Source: a virus
Taxonomy: Duplodnaviria; Caudoviricetes
Virus record (IMG/VR): IMGVR_UViG_3300033075_000275
Coordinates: 1-64,000 of that record
Length of the DNA stretch: 64,000 nucleotides
Strand: one strand, 5' to 3'
In this document: piece after piece, positions 18,174 through 28,730 of the stretch
Numbering within the stretch: the first letter of the stretch is position 1
How the letters are laid out: each line of letters starts with the position of its first letter
Notes under the pieces: generated by a model
Told to the model about the DNA's origin: nothing
Seen by the model: the letters and a program-made list of their open reading frames with translations, nothing else
Databases searched by the model: none
Made by a program: the position numbers and the translations under genes

Positions 18174-21100
18174 TACCTATAGCCACCCTTTTTCTTTTCC
18201 AGTAGACGCATCTTATCCATCACAAGTTTAGCCACCTTTTCCTCATCCAAGTCCTTGCCGCTAGCATTCACTATTACATTATACTGTGCTGAACCAGAAT
18301 TTCCAAACGTGGCCGGATCGTATGTAAGGCTATTAATTGCACTCATCATACCAGAACCATACTTCTGTACAGCCGCGCGTTGTTGCACGAACTCTCCCGC
18401 CTGTGCAATGATAGAAACATCACTGCCTACTCCACCGAATACTGGACCGCCAGAGTGACGAGTCGGAACAGACGGACCATGCACATTGGCATCTGGATTT
18501 CTTCCACCGCGATTTGGTCCCCATGGAACCCGTATGTCAGCAAATGTACCATTTACGATAGCCATGGTAGCGGGAGATACGCCAGCAAAGATCGCCAGCC
18601 CAGTAGCACCATTACCAATATTACGAGCAATGATACCAATGTCTCTAGTGTTTAGATGCAACTTGGCTAGATTTATGCCAATATCATTAGCCACTACCTG
18701 TATATCCTTTACCTGTGCTGCCACCATTTCCTTGAAGTTGTCCTTGATACCCTTAAACAGTGTTTTTGCATCTACACCAAGCGTTTCTAATATACCTGTA
18801 AATGGTTTAAGCAAACCATTGATTTTATCTTCGGTTAATTCTGGATGGTTCATAATGTAGGCAACAGTTTCATTGAACCTAGTCTTTAGTTTGTCTGCTG
18901 ATTCAAGTGCTGATGTAGCGGCTGTATTCTGTGCTTCCGCCGCCGCGTCAGCGGCTTCCTTCGCAGCATCGTATGCCTCTCTAGCCTTCTCGGTAAGTTT
19001 ATCGTATGCATCCTTCTGTGCCTGCAATGACTCCTTGATCTTTTCATGCTTTGCGATTTCAGCATCAATAGCATCCTGCTTGTTGTTCTGAGCAGTTTCA
19101 TTGTTGAAGTCAATACGAGCAGACTCCATATCGTTCTTTACAAGGGCGGCTGCACCGAAGTCACCCGCCGCGATTGCTTCACGGTACTTGATCTGCTGAT
19201 CACGCATAGATTTTTCGAAATCAAGTTGGCGCTTGCGGGCGTCAAATGCCTTCTTCTCGGCATCCTGCTTTTCCTTGATCTTCTTGATTTCTTTATCTTC
19301 TGCCTTGATCTTGTCATCAATGGCTTCCTTTTGTGCCTTGTATGGATCAGTGAATTTCGGAGTCTTAGCCTTCTTGGCATTTTGCATTGTCCTATTCGCT
19401 TTGTCCTGAACGCCACTGAATGCATCATTTATCAGTTTTGCAGAATCTCCAAGTGCCTGCTCTCTAGCCGCAATGATGTTGGCTTGAATTGCTCGCCCAA
19501 TTGCTGTTTGTGCTGCCAATACTCCTTCTGCATTAATCTTCGCCATATTCATCATGTCAGCGAATGACTCAGCGCCTCGATATGCCGGATCAAGTTGAGA
19601 AACGACTGCGCCCCACTCTGTTGCTGTCAGCCCGGCATCCTTTGCCCCCGCCGCAAAAGCATCGCGCATCTTTGTAAAGTCTTGTCCATTCATTTCAGCC
19701 ACATAGAAGCCAATTTGTCCAAAATTATTGGCAGCAAGTTGTAGATTCTCTGTATCAAAGAGCCTCTGGTTTGATAGTATTTGAAGGCTAGTCGTTGCCA
19801 ACGGCAACCCCGCTGGTCCGGTAAACTCCGCATTATCCCTTATTTGCTGACTAATATCATCTATCGCCGTTTTCCAATCAGTTGTCTTAAGTCTTTCACG
19901 TAGAGCGTTCACCCATTGGTCGCCATTTTTAACACCAGCCTCTTGCAATATTCTGCCAAACTCACTGATACCATCCTCAACCTTCTTTTTGTATGTACCC
20001 TTACCAAAGAATTCTATTTGCTGATCCACCCACTCCTGAGCGAATCCCTGCTTGTTTACAAGTCCACTCTTTGTTGTTGGTAGAGCCTCTATCTCTGTCT
20101 TAACTCTCAACAAATACTGTTCCTTTCCAGCCTTTTCTAGAATGGTCTGAATCATTAACTTAGTCTTTTCTGGATCAGCACCCTTTACTATCTTATCAAT
20201 ATAGAAGTCTTTTAGCGTTCCGACTATTTGATCAGCATTGTTTGACTCGGCAATCTTGCTGTACATCTGCTTGATAGCATCATTATCTGGAAGTTCGTCA
20301 ATTGCCTTGCTGAGTTCGTCCATCTTTTTCCTAGCATCATCAATGGCGGGAATCAATGAGGTTCTAATAGGCTCCGCCATCTTGCCAAGTTTATACCCAA
20401 GTTGACCAGCCATATCAGCAGAATCTCGGAATTGTGCAACGGCCTTCTGATTAAATTCCTCTGTATTATTCTTCAACCACCACAGAGCAGTGATAAGACC
20501 GGCAATAGCAACACCCCATGGCCCGAACATCAATGACGCCGCCCTTCCGACCGTTGCCATTATTCCTGGGAGCGCCTTTAGCGCACCGGCAACCATTCCA
20601 ATACCAGAAGAACCAACTTTACCAACGGCTCCAAGTGCCCCTCCCACCTTAGTTGCCCCGGTGGCAAGTATGCTCATCCTTCCAGATAGAGAGGTAATAC
20701 TTGTTGCCATATTGGAAAATGTCTTAGCCAGTTTTTCAGACTTTGCAGCCTGACCGATCATAGGAGCAATCATTGACGCCATGAAGCCGAACTGAGTTAT
20801 TGATGCCATTGCCTCGCCACCAATACCCATCATTCCAGACATTGATGCTAGCATACCAACCTGACCAACATTGGTCATTCTATCTGCAAACCTACCACGG
20901 CGCTCTGCACCAGTAGACATTGGTATTGGCATATTTGGATCAGCAGCCTGTTGAGCAGCGGCCTCTTGTTGCTTTTGTGCCGCCACGTCTTGTTTGTCCG
21001 CAGCGACCTTGTTATCCCTGGCAGCCTTTTCGTTTTTATCTGCGGCAGCCTTTTGAGTATTTGCAGACGCTTTTTCAACCTCTGCGACCGCCTTATCTCT

Positions 21101-24085
21101 TGCAGTCTCCTGCTCGGTCAAAATGCGTTTAGTATCATCCTGCGAAACAAGATGAGAAGCGTCTCCTACAACGTCGCCTGGGCTAATAACACCAACATCT
21201 TGTTGCCGTGCCAACTGCTCCATATAAACAAATCCCACCTGAGCACCACGGGTCAATCCACTATTATGTTGTGGTGCAAATACCTGATTTGGATTCAATC
21301 CAGAACCGCCACTAGTATATCTAACTCCCGCATTGGTTTGTGCCTGTGCTTTTGCTTGAATTTCTCCCAATTCTGACGCTAATACTCTCTTTATCGCCTT
21401 CTCTCGCTCTGTCGCGTCCTTAATGCCTCTTGTAGCATTCCTTATTTTTGTTTCTACATCTCTTACACGTTGCTTGATGGCTTCCTGTAATATTTCATCA
21501 TTCGCAATAAAGTCATCCATTGCCTTACTTATTACTTGCGCTCGATCTGCCTCGGTAAATGGAACTTTTTTGTCGCTAGCCTTTTTTCTCGCTGCTGTCA
21601 CTGCCGCTTTTGTAGCCTGTGTCAGTTTTGTCTCGACCCTACCAGTCTTTTCATCTGCTACAAACGTTGGAAGTTCAGAAAGCACCTGAGCCCTAGCGTT
21701 CCATTGCATTGTAACTGCCTTGCGCTCCTCTGGTGAAATTGCTAACTGGCGCATTGTAGTTCTCTGTTCAGGTGAAATATTCTTAATAGCCTCTTGAACC
21801 TTAGCAATATCCTGTGATAATATGTCACCAAGAACCTTTTTAGTTTTTGCATCTAACTTATCGGCAAATCTTTGAATCTCAGTTGCCCTTGCCATTAACA
21901 TTGCATCAGTATCTATTTTGTTACCACTATCATCCTTGGTATATCTCTTATTCTTCGCTGGTAGCGCGCCAAAACCTTCAAATGCTGTTCGTGGAAAATA
22001 TACGTCACCTATGCGCTCCTGTGCCGTCGCAACTATATTACCAACTGGCATATACATTCCAGCACCATATGCGGCTCTATCATATGAATGTACGCCCGTA
22101 GCACGACCGGTACCATTAACCGCAGCCTCCTGTGCAACCTCGGCAGCAGCCTTACGCGCAGCAGCACCAGACGCAGTAGCGGCAGTAGCACTAACACTTG
22201 TAAGTTGTTCAAGTGCTTCGACAAGTTTCCGAACCGCGTTCTCCATAACATTTGTAGCCTTTGCCTGATCGAACATACTCTTTTCAAGCAAGTCCCCCGC
22301 CTGTTTTGTTGCAACGTCCTGGGCGGTTAACATCTGGAAGGCTCCGACTCCACCGCTCACCAATGAACGCATAGTTGCAATACCCTTGATCATATATCCA
22401 AGGAAGTTACCGAAAATACCGGCCATCATAATCAGTGGACCGACAATCGCCATCGCTATTGATCCCATGATCAACATAGATTTCATCGACTCTGGCAGAG
22501 CATTAAACTTTTCTAGTAGCGAGTCAACAACACCTAGAATCTTTGTTCCAAATTCTAAGAACTGTTCACCGATTGGAATAAGTTGTGCCTGGATTCCTTC
22601 CCATGTCCGCTTGAATCTACCTGATGCCGATTCGGTTAGAATTTTGATTTCTCGATCAGCAACCGCCGCTAATTCTGCCGTGGATGCACCCATCAACTTC
22701 ATAACCTGAATGGTCTGCGAACCCTGTTCACCAATATTATTCAACAGGGCCGAGATTCTGGCGAATTGGAACTTACCGAATACCTGCTCGATAACGCGGG
22801 CGCGGGAAAGATCGTCAAGGCCAGCCAACGACTTCTTGAATGCCATAATGGTAGGAATAAGTTTTCCAGCATTGTTGTTGATGATACCAACAATATCCAC
22901 TCCGAATGTCTTTAGAACCTCGGTAGTCTGCTTTGTCGGGTTAATCAGCGAAGCCAATGATGACTTGATCGCGTTAGCGGCCTCTGATGCGGGGATACCA
23001 CCCTCGCGCATAGCAACCAGCATCAGAGTTAGGTCTTTAATGTCACCGCCAAGGCTCTTGACAACCGGCCCGGCCTTTGGAATGGCGGTCGTAATATCCT
23101 GTAGGCTGGCAGACGTCTGGTTTTCTACGGCGTTAAGGAAGTTAATGGAATTAGCGAGTTCCACCGTATTTTGCTTGAAAGCAGTTTGAATGGACAGGGT
23201 GGTTTTCATGGCGTCCTGTCTGTCAATTTCACCCAGGACGGCTAGACGTGTCGTCTGCTCTATCGAGCCCATAAGTTTCTCGCCTTCAAGGCCGGTAGCA
23301 GCCAGTTCAGCCGCCAGGCCAAGCGTTTCCTTTACGGCAATACCATATGTACTGGCAATGGATGTTGCCACTGCAAGTGTTTGTGTGCGTAGTCGATCCA
23401 TTGCCCCGGGATCAGCCATTGTCTGTAGCGAGTTACCATAAACCTTAGTAAGTCGAACTAACTGCTGATCCACTTCATAGAAGGCCTTTGCAGATGCAGC
23501 GGCGAATATCATCGTTGGAATAGTAAGACCAACCATCAACTGACGACCGGCCCATTGAGTGTTCTTACCCCAATTAATCATCGCGGTACCACCATCGGAC
23601 AGTACCTTGTTGAATATCTGCAACTGCTTGCGAGCAAGCATGGTCTTTGAGGCATGAGTTGCCATGTCTACCCCGGTCGGGGTGTATACATCAGCAGCCA
23701 GCGCACCCGTAGCAGTGCGCCCCTTCGCCACAATAATACTACGCTCCATTGCGGTCTGCTGCTTTGCTAATTTTCTGATATTACTTTCACGCTTGGAAAC
23801 AAAATTACCGAACTCCCTGGCATACTGACGGAGCGTGAGTTTCTGATCCATCAGTGATCTACCGAAAGTCTCGGTCGCATTGGCAATTTGTACCGTTTGC
23901 TTCGTATATTGACCAGACCTTGTTAAAGCAGTACCAAATGTATTCAGTGCAGTAGTGACGCCTTCTGCGTTGACAGCATTCAGCGATGCGTTCAAACGTC
24001 CGATGGACGAGTTGACAGCAGTAATGTCAGCGATAAGATCAGCGAAATGACCATTTGCCCGGAACTCAATATTAACTATTGACAT
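18173..24085 (-). CDS. tape measure protein
   Basis: 1970 aa, Ala-rich helical; tape-measure core (LMVGLTIP..AFYEVDQQL..LNAVENQT); follows tail chaperones. Confidence 0.95.
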   Translation of the reverse strand: MSIVNIEFRANGHFADLIADITAVNSSIGRLNASLNAVNAEGVTTALNTFGTALTRSGQYTKQTVQIANATETFGRSLMDQKLTLRQYAREFGNFVSKRESNIRKLAKQQTAMERSIIVAKGRTATGALAADVYTPTGVDMATHASKTMLARKQLQIFNKVLSDGGTAMINWGKNTQWAGRQLMVGLTIPTMIFAAASAKAFYEVDQQLVRLTKVYGNSLQTMADPGAMDRLRTQTLAVATSIASTYGIAVKETLGLAAELAATGLEGEKLMGSIEQTTRLAVLGEIDRQDAMKTTLSIQTAFKQNTVELANSINFLNAVENQTSASLQDITTAIPKAGPVVKSLGGDIKDLTLMLVAMREGGIPASEAANAIKSSLASLINPTKQTTEVLKTFGVDIVGIINNNAGKLIPTIMAFKKSLAGLDDLSRARVIEQVFGKFQFARISALLNNIGEQGSQTIQVMKLMGASTAELAAVADREIKILTESASGRFKRTWEGIQAQLIPIGEQFLEFGTKILGVVDSLLEKFNALPESMKSMLIMGSIAMAIVGPLIMMAGIFGNFLGYMIKGIATMRSLVSGGVGAFQMLTAQDVATKQAGDLLEKSMFDQAKATNVMENAVRKLVEALEQLTSVSATAATASGAAARKAAAEVAQEAAVNGTGRATGVHSYDRAAYGAGMYMPVGNIVATAQERIGDVYFPRTAFEGFGALPAKNKRYTKDDSGNKIDTDAMLMARATEIQRFADKLDAKTKKVLGDILSQDIAKVQEAIKNISPEQRTTMRQLAISPEERKAVTMQWNARAQVLSELPTFVADEKTGRVETKLTQATKAAVTAARKKASDKKVPFTEADRAQVISKAMDDFIANDEILQEAIKQRVRDVETKIRNATRGIKDATEREKAIKRVLASELGEIQAKAQAQTNAGVRYTSGGSGLNPNQVFAPQHNSGLTRGAQVGFVYMEQLARQQDVGVISPGDVVGDASHLVSQDDTKRILTEQETARDKAVAEVEKASANTQKAAADKNEKAARDNKVAADKQDVAAQKQQEAAAQQAADPNMPIPMSTGAERRGRFADRMTNVGQVGMLASMSGMMGIGGEAMASITQFGFMASMIAPMIGQAAKSEKLAKTFSNMATSITSLSGRMSILATGATKVGGALGAVGKVGSSGIGMVAGALKALPGIMATVGRAASLMFGPWGVAIAGLITALWWLKNNTEEFNQKAVAQFRDSADMAGQLGYKLGKMAEPIRTSLIPAIDDARKKMDELSKAIDELPDNDAIKQMYSKIAESNNADQIVGTLKDFYIDKIVKGADPEKTKLMIQTILEKAGKEQYLLRVKTEIEALPTTKSGLVNKQGFAQEWVDQQIEFFGKGTYKKKVEDGISEFGRILQEAGVKNGDQWVNALRERLKTTDWKTAIDDISQQIRDNAEFTGPAGLPLATTSLQILSNQRLFDTENLQLAANNFGQIGFYVAEMNGQDFTKMRDAFAAGAKDAGLTATEWGAVVSQLDPAYRGAESFADMMNMAKINAEGVLAAQTAIGRAIQANIIAAREQALGDSAKLINDAFSGVQDKANRTMQNAKKAKTPKFTDPYKAQKEAIDDKIKAEDKEIKKIKEKQDAEKKAFDARKRQLDFEKSMRDQQIKYREAIAAGDFGAAALVKNDMESARIDFNNETAQNNKQDAIDAEIAKHEKIKESLQAQKDAYDKLTEKAREAYDAAKEAADAAAEAQNTAATSALESADKLKTRFNETVAYIMNHPELTEDKINGLLKPFTGILETLGVDAKTLFKGIKDNFKEMVAAQVKDIQVVANDIGINLAKLHLNTRDIGIIARNIGNGATGLAIFAGVSPATMAIVNGTFADIRVPWGPNRGGRNPDANVHGPSVPTRHSGGPVFGGVGSDVSIIAQAGEFVQQRAAVQKYGSGMMSAINSLTYDPATFGNSGSAQYNVIVNASGKDLDEEKVAKLVMDKMRLLEKKKGGYR

Positions 24086-24465
24086 TATTCAACTATTTCA
24101 TATTCAAGCCCAAAGCCAATACCGAAGCCCGCTTCTTCTGCTAGCGCGCCCTTTAATCCAACGATATCGTTGACTGTTGGGTCGTCTCCTAGCGCCCGTC
24201 TGCGAACGTCCGACGCTGTAACTTCTGACTCGTCCTTTCCGAAATCCCCGCCGCCCCACGGTGCCAGCAATATTCTGTACAGTTCTTTGTCCTTTTCGTT
24301 CAATGCCTTTGCCGTAGCGAACAATTCCGGTAGTGATAAACATTCCTCCAAATCATCATAATTTTTCCATACACCGACCTTAGAGAATACTAATGACTCT
24401 ATGTATTCAAGGTCTAACTCAGCCCAGCCTGTGCCTGACTCATTATTGCTGCCTGAATTAAATTT
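24085..24465 (-). CDS. tail assembly chaperone, -1 frameshift extension (gpGT-like)
   Basis: The -1 frame is open from slippery heptamer AAATTTA (24465-24459) to stop at 24085: ..GWAELDLEYIESLVFSKVGVWKNYDDLEECLSLPEL.. Confidence 0.8.
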   Translation of the reverse strand, partial: KFNSGSNNESGTGWAELDLEYIESLVFSKVGVWKNYDDLEECLSLPELFATAKALNEKDKELYRILLAPWGGGDFGKDESEVTASDVRRRALGDDPTVNDIVGLKGALAEEAGFGIGFGLEYEIVE

Positions 24466-24758
24466 TCATCGTTCAGTTTTAACCCACCGCATATCTCTAG
24501 TACGCGATAGATAGTTTCGATATCCAGGGCCTCTTCAAGAGCGTCCCTGTCTGCTACCAAGTCCGGTAGTTCTTTTGCTAGACAAATGGCAGTAAGGTCA
24601 ACGAAAATATCAGTTGCTTGCTCATCAGTTTCGGCAGTCTTTAGACCTTCTAGCGTCTTTTGAAAAGCCTTCATAGCCTTGATGTTCAATGGCCTTAATG
24701 TAGCCACCGATCCATCCTGCAACTCGATTTCTTCAACCTGATAAACTGTCTTTGGCAT
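24414..24758 (-). CDS. tail assembly chaperone (gpG-like)
   Basis: 114 aa between tail tube and tape measure; AGGAGG RBS. Confidence 0.85.
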   Translation of the reverse strand: MPKTVYQVEEIELQDGSVATLRPLNIKAMKAFQKTLEGLKTAETDEQATDIFVDLTAICLAKELPDLVADRDALEEALDIETIYRVLEICGGLKLNDENLIQAAIMSQAQAGLS

Positions 24759-24814
24759 TAATCCTCCTAGTGTTATGTCATCATTATAGCAAGTTTGTTA
24801 GAAAACACAAATGA

Positions 24815-24840
24815 CGAGGGGCCGCGTCTGCGACCCCTCG
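24815..24840 (-). terminator. intrinsic terminator after major tail gene
   Basis: CGAGGGG..CCCCTCG stem followed by a T-rich run on minus strand. Confidence 0.65.
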
Positions 24841-24863
24841 CCTATTCAATTGTTGTTAAGTTG

Positions 24864-25475
24864 TCACCAAGCGCGGTCTACGATTTTACCATATGCGTTT
24901 GATGTTGATGCCAACGGAAGCAATCGGAATGAAACTGGGAATACTGTTGCCTCGTTACGCTTAATACCCTGCTCGGAAGCCTCCATCGAAAGTGCTCGAT
25001 GAGCGAAGTAAATACGCTCTGATACTGTCGCTGTACGCGGGGCGGGTCCAATCGCAAGAAGCGAACGCTCCTGCGGGAACTCACCCAACTGTCCCGCCTG
25101 AATCTCTAGCGATGATACTGCATCTGCTACTCCTGCGTGAGCAGTGTTGTATCCGGCAGACTGTGCATAAACAACAAACAGATTCTCTAGAGTTGCCTCT
25201 GCGAACGTTGTGTTTAGCATAACCTTCATGCCCTGCTTGAACAGCAGCGATACGTCAAGGCTCTGGTCTACCTGAACCTCACCAAAATCAGGTTCGTAAC
25301 GGAGAGTCAGACCTTCCTGCGTGAATCCTACGTCTCTCCAATTGGTTGTGTCGGCTGCTACTGTCGTAGCGGCCCTAACTCCCGCGCTCAATGTTGGGAA
25401 CGCTGGTGTAACATTTGTGTTCTTTGCTACAAAGAATGCGGCAGCACCGACGATAATATTACGCTCTAATGCCAT
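24864..25475 (-). CDS. major tail (tube) protein
   Basis: WRDVGFTQEGLTLRYEPDFGEVQVDQ tail-tube signature; position; own terminator. Confidence 0.88.
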   Translation of the reverse strand: MALERNIIVGAAAFFVAKNTNVTPAFPTLSAGVRAATTVAADTTNWRDVGFTQEGLTLRYEPDFGEVQVDQSLDVSLLFKQGMKVMLNTTFAEATLENLFVVYAQSAGYNTAHAGVADAVSSLEIQAGQLGEFPQERSLLAIGPAPRTATVSERIYFAHRALSMEASEQGIKRNEATVFPVSFRLLPLASTSNAYGKIVDRAW

Positions 25476-25568
25476 GTGAAAATTTCACCTACCTTTATTT
25501 TGTGAATTTTTTGCTGGCTAGGCACTTCCTTTATGCCAATGGTATGCCCAAATAAATTAAAATGCAAA

Positions 25569-26078
25569 TTAGGTGTATCTGCCGGATGAATCAAGTTTTC
25601 TACTGTACTTATATGAAAGTATAAGGTCAGCCGTCTGGCGTCCGCCCTCATTCTCGGATTCACCGGATGCAATAAATCCACCCACTTCTGTCGAAAAGAA
25701 TGTGAACTTTGATGCAGCCGTTATATGTGTGTTGAGGTCACGGGCGGATTCGTCCATACGACGGAACAGATCGAGCATGAAGTTACCTATCTCCATGATT
25801 TTGTTGAAGTCTGGACAGAATATCGTCATAGTGATTTCGTCATTCAGGATTGCCCACAGGTCGGGGTCCTGCTCTGTATACACCGTATATACTATGTATG
25901 GTTTATCACCCAACAGGTTATGTGTTTCTGGCTGTTCCTGTGCTGGAATAAAAGGCATCAATGTTATATCAAGATCATCAAGATAGTAGTCGGCCTGGTT
26001 CAACACCCCGGCTGCGTCAATCTTGTCCCATACATATCCAAGCACTTCGAATGCTGCTGTAGCGGAGTAATCAGCCAC
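25569..26078 (-). CDS. tail terminator / completion protein
   Basis: Position before tail tube; PYIVY motif; 169 aa. Confidence 0.65.
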   Translation of the reverse strand: MADYSATAAFEVLGYVWDKIDAAGVLNQADYYLDDLDITLMPFIPAQEQPETHNLLGDKPYIVYTVYTEQDPDLWAILNDEITMTIFCPDFNKIMEIGNFMLDLFRRMDESARDLNTHITAASKFTFFSTEVGGFIASGESENEGGRQTADLILSYKYSRKLDSSGRYT

Positions 26079-26868
26079 GAAGTCTCACCGCCCCCTCTAT
26101 TGCGGAACGAGTCGGCTTAGACTTTGGATGTGGGTTTGCAATGTGTGCCGGAACGCTGGAACTCTTCTCAATTCTACGAACCGGCTTATTGATGACGCCA
26201 GACTTGTTCAGGCGCTCCGTGAACATACGCCCACCGAAATAAGAATTGAACACCTTAGCGAATCCACCCTTAGTCATAATACCACCGGGAAGATTTACTC
26301 TGATTGGGCCAGTGCTAAACGCTATACCCCGCTTATTAGTATGACCACGAAAACTCCTAGCAATAAACGCCATATATCTACCCCCAGGAGAGCGTCTCCG
26401 CATAGTTACGGGGATACCAAGTTCCATTACGGCGGCCTTCTGCTTGAATATCTGACTCTTGGTAACTTTACGTCCGTTTGGGCCTGGTACCTTTAAGTCT
26501 GGATGAATCGGAGCCTTACGCTTTGATAGTATGAATGAATATCCAGCAACGAATCCATTGCCTTTGTTGTTCTTCTTCAACCTCCACAGACGATTGCTTC
26601 CAATAGCATTCCACTCGTATACGTGGTGCAATGCTTTCGGGTTCGTCAAGGCGCGTGCATCAACAAACTGCCCGAAATCGTCCTTAGCGAATTCGTATAC
26701 TTCGGCAGAAAACTTACGCATCTCTTTCGAACTTAACGCCTTTTCTGCAACAGCAAGTTCATAGTACAGAGTTCCAGCGATTGCCTGCCCCATGTTAGTG
26801 CTTATGTTGATTCTGCGACCAGGACGAATCGGCGTCACGGCCCGCTCAAAACCACCGACTCTAGCCAA
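26071..26868 (-). CDS. neck / tail completion protein (basic)
   Basis: Position in head-tail module; very basic composition. Confidence 0.55.
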   Translation of the reverse strand: MARVGGFERAVTPIRPGRRINISTNMGQAIAGTLYYELAVAEKALSSKEMRKFSAEVYEFAKDDFGQFVDARALTNPKALHHVYEWNAIGSNRLWRLKKNNKGNGFVAGYSFILSKRKAPIHPDLKVPGPNGRKVTKSQIFKQKAAVMELGIPVTMRRRSPGGRYMAFIARSFRGHTNKRGIAFSTGPIRVNLPGGIMTKGGFAKVFNSYFGGRMFTERLNKSGVINKPVRRIEKSSSVPAHIANPHPKSKPTRSAIEGAVRLRG

Positions 26869-27295
26869 CTGGCTGCACCTCTACTCTTTTAGCAAGAATT
26901 TCGTTCTCTATAAAATCACCGAATGGATCAAATCTCCGATAGTTACCTTGAACCTCAAACATAGTGGCCCGGCCATCAAAACTACCAACCTCATACCATA
27001 ATAGTTCTCCGTCCGCACCACGTATGTTTGTGATTCTGTATCGCTTCGATACATCTTCTACAGTAAGAATCTTTATGACTTCGAATTCTCTGTAGATGGC
27101 ATTAAACTTCTTACCACTCGATGCATCAGACACAGCATCGGTGGCAATTGATGTTGCATAGCATGGTATGGTTTTCTTGTATGTCCAGGCACGGTTGATT
27201 GCACCACTCGCCTCATCCTGCGTAACTTCAAGTTCCAGCAGATCGGCGGTCATGTTATAGTTACCAGAAACTAAACAACCGCTGAATGGCATCAT
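26861..27295 (-). CDS. head closure / head-tail joining protein
   Basis: Position; SPP1 gp16-like size and beta pattern. Confidence 0.6.
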   Translation of the reverse strand: MMPFSGCLVSGNYNMTADLLELEVTQDEASGAINRAWTYKKTIPCYATSIATDAVSDASSGKKFNAIYREFEVIKILTVEDVSKRYRITNIRGADGELLWYEVGSFDGRATMFEVQGNYRRFDPFGDFIENEILAKRVEVQPVG

Positions 27296-28221
27296 ATCAC
27301 AAACATACCTGGCGCACGGTATTCTGAAAGCAACTGATCAACCATCAAGTTTCCCGTTCCAAGGAATGCGGCGGTTGAGAAGTCTAGTTTCCAGTCTCTC
27401 ATTTGAATAGCCTTTACATACTTGGCCCGCCACTTTGCATCTCTGCACAAGAAGTCATGCATCAATAACATCGTGGCCTCGGTAATATCTACCGGAACAT
27501 ACTCATATCCGAATAATCCAGTAATATCGTACTTCCATCCAGTGCGGAATATTCCGCGAGTCCACACAACACTCTTTGTCTCGTACTCATCAATATTATG
27601 ATCTGCTACTATTCTGATAGACATTCCTGTTTCTGTAGGAACAACATCGTATCCGAATGTATTGAGCATTATTTCTGTATCTATTACAGGAACATTATTC
27701 TCGGCCAGGGCTAGTACGGACGTTACATTCTCACCGATCCATAGAACATCAGCCCCGGTCCCGTAGGCAGTAACAACTTTAGTCTCCCTACCGAACGTCT
27801 GACCACAATACTTATCAACAATATATCTGGCGTAACGTTCAGCAACTACAGTTTCTTCATATACGGCTGGATCGCCAAGGTTCAAGCCATACCGCCCGGC
27901 GAATTCCTCTGGCGTAGCATATGGTCTAACCATGTGGTGACCATCTATAAATGAAACAGTCTCGGTTGAATCCTGCGATCCCAACGGGAAAGTCCAGATC
28001 AATTCAAACGTGCCGGGATCACCAGACGGAACATCAACCGCCCATGCCTTAGAAGCACTGGCTGGCAGTTCATTCGGTACAACCAGTGTCGGCGTCAAAA
28101 CAACATCAGCCATCAGCGGTCGCCTAAACAACACATCCGGTGTGTACTGCAACCTAGTTGCGTCTACTGGATATATGTAACGATGTGCTGTTCCGCCTCT
28201 GTCACTATAAAATTCAGCCAT
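27292..28221 (-). CDS. head-tail connector (adaptor) protein
   Basis: YATPEEF..ARYIVDKYCGQTF..YEYVPVDITEATMLL adaptor pattern. Confidence 0.7.
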   Translation of the reverse strand: MAEFYSDRGGTAHRYIYPVDATRLQYTPDVLFRRPLMADVVLTPTLVVPNELPASASKAWAVDVPSGDPGTFELIWTFPLGSQDSTETVSFIDGHHMVRPYATPEEFAGRYGLNLGDPAVYEETVVAERYARYIVDKYCGQTFGRETKVVTAYGTGADVLWIGENVTSVLALAENNVPVIDTEIMLNTFGYDVVPTETGMSIRIVADHNIDEYETKSVVWTRGIFRTGWKYDITGLFGYEYVPVDITEATMLLMHDFLCRDAKWRAKYVKAIQMRDWKLDFSTAAFLGTGNLMVDQLLSEYRAPGMFVI

Positions 28222-28225
28222 TATA

Positions 28226-28624
28226 TTACGAGTAGTATTCCTCTACCTCTTTGGGGGTTGCTACTCTAAAGCCTTCCTCGTTATCAAATATTTTTTGTGC
28301 CTCTTTCTTTGACATAACCACGAACGGGTGAGTCTTTGTGAATACGTGGCCGAATGTCTCGTAATGCGGATTGGCACGTACCATTCTTACTAGAACGGTC
28401 TGCCCAGGTGTCAGAACCGGCTCGGTAGCATTAAACAGATCAAGGACATCTGTGGCTTCCTGCTCGCGGGCATCTGGCGTAAGAGCAACATACTGATCCC
28501 ATGTAACACCATCAGCCTCAATGGCAGCAATAATATCAGCCTTGTGGGTTGTTCCGTCTAACTCTACACCGAAATACTCGGCAACATCTCTTAATTCTGC
28601 AACCTTTAGTGTTTCAAACGACAT
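28226..28624 (-). CDS. hypothetical protein with N-terminal Rho-N/HeH-like helix pair
   Basis: MSFETLKVAELRDVAEYFGVEL..KADII; GGAGG RBS supports start at 28624. Confidence 0.6.
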   Translation of the reverse strand: MSFETLKVAELRDVAEYFGVELDGTTHKADIIAAIEADGVTWDQYVALTPDAREQEATDVLDLFNATEPVLTPGQTVLVRMVRANPHYETFGHVFTKTHPFVVMSKKEAQKIFDNEEGFRVATPKEVEEYYS

Positions 28625-28680
28625 ATTTTTCCTCCTATGTGTCCATCTGATTATATCATATGCCAATACAAAGACAAACT

Positions 28681-28711
28681 GCTAGGGCCGGAGATAAACC
28701 CCGGCCCTAGC
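28681..28711 (-). terminator. intrinsic terminator after major capsid gene
   Basis: GCTAGGGCCGG..CCGGCCCTAGC 11-bp stem then T-rich tail. Confidence 0.75.
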
Positions 28712-28730
28712 ATGTTAGTTGTTCAATCGA

